Positions 58,535 to 64,000 of a stretch of 64,000 nt of DNA are shown in pieces. The position numbers and the translations under genes were made by a program. Positions within the stretch are counted from its first letter, which is position 1; every line of letters starts with the position of its first letter. Below the pieces are notes generated by a model. It did not search any database. It saw nothing but the letters and a program-made list of their open reading frames with translations, and was not told the origin of the DNA. Source of the DNA: Thermodesulfovibrionales bacterium (GTDB taxonomy: Bacteria > Nitrospirota > Thermodesulfovibrionia > Thermodesulfovibrionales > SM23-35); assembly GCA_963715195.1 (NCBI GenBank), contig CAVQRT010000003.1:160001-224000 (forward strand), read 5' to 3'.

Positions 58535-59746
58535 TTACAATTCAAAAACTGTTTTTCCGCTATTCTCCAGTGCGAACCATATCAGAAGATACTCCTTAAT
58601 TTGCCGTGTTATCAGAAAATTTTTTCTCACGTATTCTTTGCCCTGTTGTCCCATTCTTTTTGCCATTTCGGGATTGTTCATGATCTGGCGTATCCTGAAG
58701 GCAGCGCCTTCGACGGAATGTACCAGGAATCCGGTAACACCATGCATTATTTGAAGCGGAATCCCACCTACATTGCCGCCAATAACCGGCTTGCCTTTCC
58801 ACATGGCTTCCGAAACCGTAAGACCAAACCCTTCCTTGAGAGATTTCTGCATGACAACTGTTGCGCTTCTCTGCAGGGCATTAATATCCTTATCGCTAAA
58901 CGGCGGCAGGAGGAGGATATGTATGTCCGGATCATTTGCCGCGTATTCCCGCACCTCGTTTAAAACTGTCTCCCCTTCGGGATCATCGGCAGCTGGGCTT
59001 CCTGCAAGGACAAGAATGCAGTCATTGTATTTTTTGACAATCCGGTATGCCTTCATGACACCAATCGGATCCTTGAACCTGTCGAATCGTGAAACCTGAA
59101 GGATCATCGGTCTGTCAATGGATATTCCGAACTTCTGAACCGTCTTCCGGATCTCCTCCTCCGACAGATCCCTGTTCTTTTCACTGATCGGATCTATTGA
59201 GGGAGAGACAATGAACTCATCAATAGGGAGTGCCCGTGCGAACTTGGCAACGGAAAAAATCGCTGCATCATACTTCTCACAGTACCGGGTGAGGTAATCG
59301 CATACTTCCTTTACCGGATTGGATACGTCGATATGGCAACGCCATATCCATGAGCCCGTTTTCTTAAATTCGATGAGCGCCGAAGGCTGTGGATCGTGAA
59401 CCAAAATCGCATCTGCATCCAGATTAATCTTTTCTGCATTTTTTCTGTTTACTTCCCGATGATACTCCCACATCTCGGGGGTAATATCTTCGGGATTTCC
59501 CTGAAGGGCGTTGTGCATCTTCTTGGTAATATCGAAAAACTGAGCGTCTCCCTCGATAACTTCCCACCGCGCCTGTATGCCGAGTTCCTCCAGAACCGGA
59601 ATCAACCGCTGCAAAATCTCCGCAACACCCCCTCCTTCACGGGTTGAGTTTATGTGGAGAAAGGATTTTTTATGGAGCCTTTCTCCCAGCATCTGAAGGA
59701 GGGTGAGGTCACTCTTGGGAGATATGCCTATATACTCGTTAAACAC
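58535..59746 (-). CDS. treT: Trehalose glycosyltransferring synthase (GT4)
   Basis: HINST..GGGVAEIL, TKKMHNALQG, HDPQP, WRCHID, PSIDP, QVSRFDRFKDP, DDPEG, KEGFGLTVSEAMWK, GGIPLQI. Confidence 0.92.
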   Translation of the reverse strand: MFNEYIGISPKSDLTLLQMLGERLHKKSFLHINSTREGGGVAEILQRLIPVLEELGIQARWEVIEGDAQFFDITKKMHNALQGNPEDITPEMWEYHREVNRKNAEKINLDADAILVHDPQPSALIEFKKTGSWIWRCHIDVSNPVKEVCDYLTRYCEKYDAAIFSVAKFARALPIDEFIVSPSIDPISEKNRDLSEEEIRKTVQKFGISIDRPMILQVSRFDRFKDPIGVMKAYRIVKKYNDCILVLAGSPAADDPEGETVLNEVREYAANDPDIHILLLPPFSDKDINALQRSATVVMQKSLKEGFGLTVSEAMWKGKPVIGGNVGGIPLQIMHGVTGFLVHSVEGAAFRIRQIMNNPEMAKRMGQQGKEYVRKNFLITRQIKEYLLIWFALENSGKTVFEL

Positions 59747-60414
59747 CTGTCAATGACCTCCATATCCCGTTTCACTTCTTGTTCTACTTCTTCAATAATG
59801 TGTTTTTGTATGTCTTCCAGAGAGTGCATGAAGGGATCAATTGCGCGTATTCTTTCTGCAAGTTCCTTCTTGCCGAATACGTCTTCGATCCAGCGTGAAA
59901 AATCATCTACCCCCCCTCCAAGGCGGATCCTCGCCTCATAAAAATGGTAGTAGATGGATTCTGTATTGATAAATCTCATTGCGGTCAGGAACTCCGCTAA
60001 ATTACGGGCTCTGATGCCCAACGGGAATATCATCGTGATCGTCTCATGGAAATAAAACTCATTGCCCTGGATCGCCTCTCGCGGTTCCGGAAACATCCTG
60101 ATATATTCATCAATGACACGGACAAGTTCATTCCTCAGGTCATTGATATTCGTAAAGTCATAGGGGTCGATATTGGCAAGATGTTCTGATAGTGCACTCT
60201 CTTCAAGGCCTTCCCCTGCCCACTGTGAAAAATCGCTTGTATACTCAAGGATATGACCTTTGAGAAAATACTGATACGTATGATGGAAGATACTGTCTTC
60301 ACTGACCGTACTGATTAGATGTTTTAATTCTCCAATGTTTTTCGCTCGCTTCCCTGTTGCCTTGAGTAAGCTGCTGCATTGCCTGAATTCGAAGGGTTCG
60401 ATTATTTCTGCCAT
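59728..60414 (-). CDS. DUF5752 (OrfY-like, TreT-associated) protein
   Basis: Two internal repeats (A.N..E...SIFHH/SIYYH...DFS.W...L...IDP); overlaps the treT start. Confidence 0.8.
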   Translation of the reverse strand: MAEIIEPFEFRQCSSLLKATGKRAKNIGELKHLISTVSEDSIFHHTYQYFLKGHILEYTSDFSQWAGEGLEESALSEHLANIDPYDFTNINDLRNELVRVIDEYIRMFPEPREAIQGNEFYFHETITMIFPLGIRARNLAEFLTAMRFINTESIYYHFYEARIRLGGGVDDFSRWIEDVFGKKELAERIRAIDPFMHSLEDIQKHIIEEVEQEVKRDMEVIDRCLTSI

Positions 60415-61445
60415 TCCTTCTCCTCCCTGAGGTAAACTGTCCTATGCGGGAATGGTATTTCTATGCCTTCCTGCTTGAACCTCCTAAAAATCCTCTTGCG
60501 TAGTTCATGCTGGGCAAGGTACTGATCGACAAATTCCTTCACCTGGCAGATAAGCGTAAAATCAAGGGAGCTGTCACCATACCCCGGTATGAACCTGACA
60601 AAAGGCTCTGGCTCCCCGAGAAGTCCGGGTATCTCGCCGACAGCCTTTTTTGCCTCTTCGACAAGGATCTGTTCAACCTTCTCTGGATCCGATGCATAGC
60701 TGACCCCGATGGGAATCAACAGGGACATTCTCTTTTCCGGCAGATAGTAGTTCGTCACAACACTCTGCGAAAGTTTACTGTTAGGAATAACAACAATATT
60801 GTTCGGAAGCATGCGCACCCGTGTCGTTCTCCAGGTAATATCTTCTATGTATCCTTCCTGCCCTGTTTCAAGTTTTACGAAATCTCCCATCCTGATAGAT
60901 TTCTCCATGAGAATATGGATACCTGCAAACAGGTTTGCAAGGGTGTCCTGAAGAGCAAGAGCGACAGCAAGACCTCCAACGCCTAATGCTGTCAGGAGAG
61001 GTGCAATAGAAATTCCGAGTACACTCAGGATGATCAAAAATCCGATAATAATGATAACGCCTTTGAGTATTCCGTAAGCGAGCCCTGTCGTCGGGATGGG
61101 AAGATCGGATTTCTGGATATAGTTTTTGAATATCTTCCCGGTCAGATTGGCAATGGCGAGAGTAATTGACAATATTATGATGACATGAATAGCCTTGCTG
61201 AAATAAAAGACATATTTCTCATGAAGGTCAGATATTGATAATCCGGCAAAAAGTCCGATAGCAAGAATCCAGTACACTGAAGGCGTTTTCAGGGATTTTA
61301 TGATAATATCATCGACCCCTGTTTCCGTTTTTTCAGCCCACGCATGGAGAACCCTGATGGCAACACCTCTGACGATGAACAGCACTACCGTGGTAACAAT
61401 CAGTACCAGCGCCGGAATAAAAAATCTCTCGATGTTGATCGTCAT
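60402..61445 (-). CDS. mscS: Small-conductance mechanosensitive channel
   Basis: LLTALGVGGLAVALALQDTLANLFAG, GDFV, ITWRTT, IPNSKL, GVSYASD, GIEIPFP. Confidence 0.94.
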   Translation of the reverse strand: MTINIERFFIPALVLIVTTVVLFIVRGVAIRVLHAWAEKTETGVDDIIIKSLKTPSVYWILAIGLFAGLSISDLHEKYVFYFSKAIHVIIILSITLAIANLTGKIFKNYIQKSDLPIPTTGLAYGILKGVIIIIGFLIILSVLGISIAPLLTALGVGGLAVALALQDTLANLFAGIHILMEKSIRMGDFVKLETGQEGYIEDITWRTTRVRMLPNNIVVIPNSKLSQSVVTNYYLPEKRMSLLIPIGVSYASDPEKVEQILVEEAKKAVGEIPGLLGEPEPFVRFIPGYGDSSLDFTLICQVKEFVDQYLAQHELRKRIFRRFKQEGIEIPFPHRTVYLREEKEWQK

Positions 61446-61478
61446 AGCCCCTCCTTACACCGTGATGAAAATATCGTA

Positions 61479-62705
61479 TTAAATCTTTTTATTCTTGTCT
61501 TCGCTGGCGTGAACCAGATAGGGAAGGGGAATAGAGGCAAACTGCGCATCCATCTGACTCTTAAACGTTCTGAATTCTGCGAGGAGATTCTCAGGGATCG
61601 GCTTTCCCCGAGGCATCTTTACCGAAAGGGGATTGAGTGGTTTATTGTTGATCCTGAGTTCATAGTGAAGGTGCGGCCCTGTGGCAAGTCCTGTAGATCC
61701 GACACGCCCGACGACCTGCCCCTGGTGAATCTTCTTTCCTCTCCTTATACTTTTCGATATTTGCGATAAATGACCGTAATACGTTTTCCAGCCGTTTGTA
61801 TGTTTGATGATCACAAGCTTCCCGTACTGCCCTTTGTATCCAGCAAACTGAATAGTGCCTTCACCGACGGCAGAAACCGGGGTGCCCGCCGGAGCAGCAT
61901 AGTCCAATCCATGATGGGGCCTCCGTATCCTCAGAATGGGATGGAAACGACCGCGGGAAAAGTATGAGCTTATTCGTCTGAAATTCAACGGCGCCTTTAG
62001 GAATGCCTTCTTCACCGATTTGCCTTCCTCATCATAATAGTCAGCCTGTCCGCCTATTTCATACCGGTATGCACGGAACGTTTCGCCTTTATTGACAAAC
62101 TCAGCCGAAAGGATATCGCCATATTTTTTCAATACACCATTAAGATAGTACCCTTCAACAATGATTTTATACGTATCTCCCTCCCTGAGTTCACTGGTAA
62201 AATCGATGTCCCAGGCAAAAATATCAGAGAGTTGAAGAGCAATTATTACCTTTCCCCCATCTTCACCCAGGGAAGATATCAGGTTGTCCCTGATAAGACC
62301 GCCCATATACTGAACTCGTTTTTCGTACTCTATAGGTATTTTTTGGGCGTCAAACCCGGATTCATTCTTTGCGATGTGGAGGATGTTATCTTCATCTATC
62401 CAGTAAAAAAGGGACTCGACCTGATTACTTTCGTCAACGACAATTTTATACGTTTGACCCGGACACAGGTTTCGCAACCTGTGAACAGCAGCTGAGGCCT
62501 CTTTCAATTGAAAGAGCTCATGCATACTGAGTCCGTATTTCTTAAAAATATCAAAGAATGTTTCTCCCTTGCTGACGATGCCACAGATTTCCCGGCTATC
62601 TTTTTTTATCTGGACACAGTCCTTCTTTTCCCGAATAGTTGCATTACTGTGGATGATGATGAATATGAAAAAAACAACAGCTGCTACTAAGGGAATATGT
62701 CTCAT
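61479..62705 (-). CDS. M23 family peptidoglycan DD-metalloendopeptidase (MepM-like)
   Basis: FAWDIDF, FLKAPL, RISS.F, HPIL, HHGLDYAA (HxxxD), YGHL, TGPHLHYE (HxH). Confidence 0.92.
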   Translation of the reverse strand: MRHIPLVAAVVFFIFIIIHSNATIREKKDCVQIKKDSREICGIVSKGETFFDIFKKYGLSMHELFQLKEASAAVHRLRNLCPGQTYKIVVDESNQVESLFYWIDEDNILHIAKNESGFDAQKIPIEYEKRVQYMGGLIRDNLISSLGEDGGKVIIALQLSDIFAWDIDFTSELREGDTYKIIVEGYYLNGVLKKYGDILSAEFVNKGETFRAYRYEIGGQADYYDEEGKSVKKAFLKAPLNFRRISSYFSRGRFHPILRIRRPHHGLDYAAPAGTPVSAVGEGTIQFAGYKGQYGKLVIIKHTNGWKTYYGHLSQISKSIRRGKKIHQGQVVGRVGSTGLATGPHLHYELRINNKPLNPLSVKMPRGKPIPENLLAEFRTFKSQMDAQFASIPLPYLVHASEDKNKKI

Positions 62706-62761
62706 TGGTCATCCTCCCTTACTATCAATTATTACTAGGGCACAGCATCAACCCGCAGGTA

Positions 62762-63415
62762 TTATATCAAAAGCCTGCCCGTTTCATACCAGACAGCATT
62801 TATTCGGTTTATGAATGACGGCATATCGGTGTCTATTTCCATTTTTGCTTTCTTCAGTGATGATCTGATCTCCTCAATGATTTGCTTCTGTTCATCCTGA
62901 GCAAGCGGCGTCAATTTTGTGAAGAGCTCATCAATAACCTCAATTTCCGCCTTTGCATTCCCGATATTTTTTGCAACAACTTCCATCCGAGCTTTTAAGA
63001 GATGTCCCCTGATATCCTCCACAGCCGAATTAAATTTTATGGGTTTCAACTGCGATTGCACATCAGAGTACTTTTTATCAATGGTCTCCGCCTGTTTTTT
63101 AACGGCTTCGTCTGCCGCTGCTTTTTGCTTCTGCATGGTTTCACTCTGCACAGCGATATCTTTTTTGAGAGTATTTCCAAGGGTATCTACCTGCGCAGCA
63201 AGCGCATTGAGTGTTTTAATAATTTTCCCCGCATCCGCGGTCGGCTCAAGAGGAGCCACTTTTGATTCATCCTCTATCGTTTGAAGCCGCTGCTTTATAT
63301 CCTGCACATCCTCTTTCAGCCCTGACAGGTGCTTATCCATTAGCACCGGAAAGCCCAAAACCCCGGCCACTGCAAGAACAACAACCGCGATGACTGCTAT
63401 GATTGCTCCCTTCAT
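62762..63415 (-). CDS. Hypothetical membrane-anchored coiled-coil protein
   Basis: N-terminal TM helix, helical body, SD GGAGG. Confidence 0.75.
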   Translation of the reverse strand: MKGAIIAVIAVVVLAVAGVLGFPVLMDKHLSGLKEDVQDIKQRLQTIEDESKVAPLEPTADAGKIIKTLNALAAQVDTLGNTLKKDIAVQSETMQKQKAAADEAVKKQAETIDKKYSDVQSQLKPIKFNSAVEDIRGHLLKARMEVVAKNIGNAKAEIEVIDELFTKLTPLAQDEQKQIIEEIRSSLKKAKMEIDTDMPSFINRINAVWYETGRLLI

Positions 63416-63433
63416 GGTTTCCCTCCTTGTGTG

Positions 63434-64000
63434 TTATTTGTTATCCTCTTCGACTGCCTTTCTTATTCTGTCCAGAATATCAGGAATTGCGGACGTCACC
63501 CTGTCCCAGCTGGCGATTAACGGTACACCGAGCGGATCTTCCGTGATGATGTCTGCTGCTTTTCTTATCCCATTCGTAAATGTTTCAACTGCGAGGCTTT
63601 CCTCATGCCTGTCAAAAAAAAGATTATTAATGGCTGCGTCATCCTGATACCGTTTGAGCATATCCTGCGCTGTCCTGACATAGGTCGCCACGAGTGTTTT
63701 GAAGAACCCGTCCGAAAAGACAATACCCTCTGATGCGAGCGTCCGGAAGATGGACTTGCAGATATCGACACACATCTTGTGAAGTCCTTTCGATGCGTCT
63801 TCCGGTGAAAGCTCCTGGTGCTTGTGCTCGTAATTCTCTGCGATGTCAACCTGACAGACCCTCCTGATCGAAGTATTCCGGTAGACTTCCGCGAGAACAC
63901 CCACCTCCAGACCCCAGTCACCGGGTATCCGGTTTACCCGGGCAAGATCAACATCCATTGAGAACTCTCCCGCAAGAGGATACCGGAAACTGTCGAAAAA
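63434..64000 (-). CDS. Glucosyl-3-phosphoglycerate synthase-like glycosyltransferase, C-terminal part; runs off the right edge
   Basis: Frame open to 64000: FRYPLAGEFSM...RIPGDWGLEVGVLAE...CQVDIAENYEHKHQ, characteristic of GpgS/MpgS-type enzymes. Confidence 0.8.
   Translation of the reverse strand, partial: FFDSFRYPLAGEFSMDVDLARVNRIPGDWGLEVGVLAEVYRNTSIRRVCQVDIAENYEHKHQELSPEDASKGLHKMCVDICKSIFRTLASEGIVFSDGFFKTLVATYVRTAQDMLKRYQDDAAINNLFFDRHEESLAVETFTNGIRKAADIITEDPLGVPLIASWDRVTSAIPDILDRIRKAVEEDNK

Noticed and set aside
1..64000. CRISPR arrays, tRNA/rRNA genes, integrases, transposases, prophage or defence genes
   Set aside because: No regularly spaced repeats, cloverleafs or matching protein motifs seen by eye

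Overview
Bacterial chromosomal window, almost entirely coding and mostly on the minus strand. Gene content (lpxC, tamAB, glgE/treS/treYZ/treT, sigma-54 activator) indicates a diderm; a Nitrospirota/Desulfobacterota-type organism is my unverified impression. 1-19 kb is housekeeping: partial ppsA (absent from the ORF track), ppsR, coaD, rsmD, yajQ, gatC, pcrA, frameshifted glmS, glmU, yebC, a sigma-54 response regulator, mtnP, lpxC with a consensus sigma-54 promoter, nfo, tsaC. 19-64 kb is a large ion/osmotic-homeostasis and alpha-glucan region: two cation/H+ antiporters, tamAB, mgtE, MscS proteins, glucosylglycerate synthases, treY/GH57/treZ/glgB (frameshifted)/treS-mak/glgE, an SLC12-type cation-chloride cotransporter, a sugar ABC importer, ClC, treT and DUF5752. 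The best leads lie outside the ORF track: (i) an unrecognised multi-stem RNA structure plus a 40-aa ORF in the mgtE leader; (ii) a fluoride riboswitch controlling an NHA2/SLC9B-like antiporter; (iii) a 27-aa histone-H1-like micropeptide downstream of a winged-helix protein with a degenerate nucleotidyltransferase domain; (iv) sigma-54 control of lpxC beside a divergent activator; (v) a MITE-like inverted-repeat element. I saw no rRNA, tRNA, CRISPR array, transposase or prophage gene. All calls come from motif recognition by eye; no searches were run.
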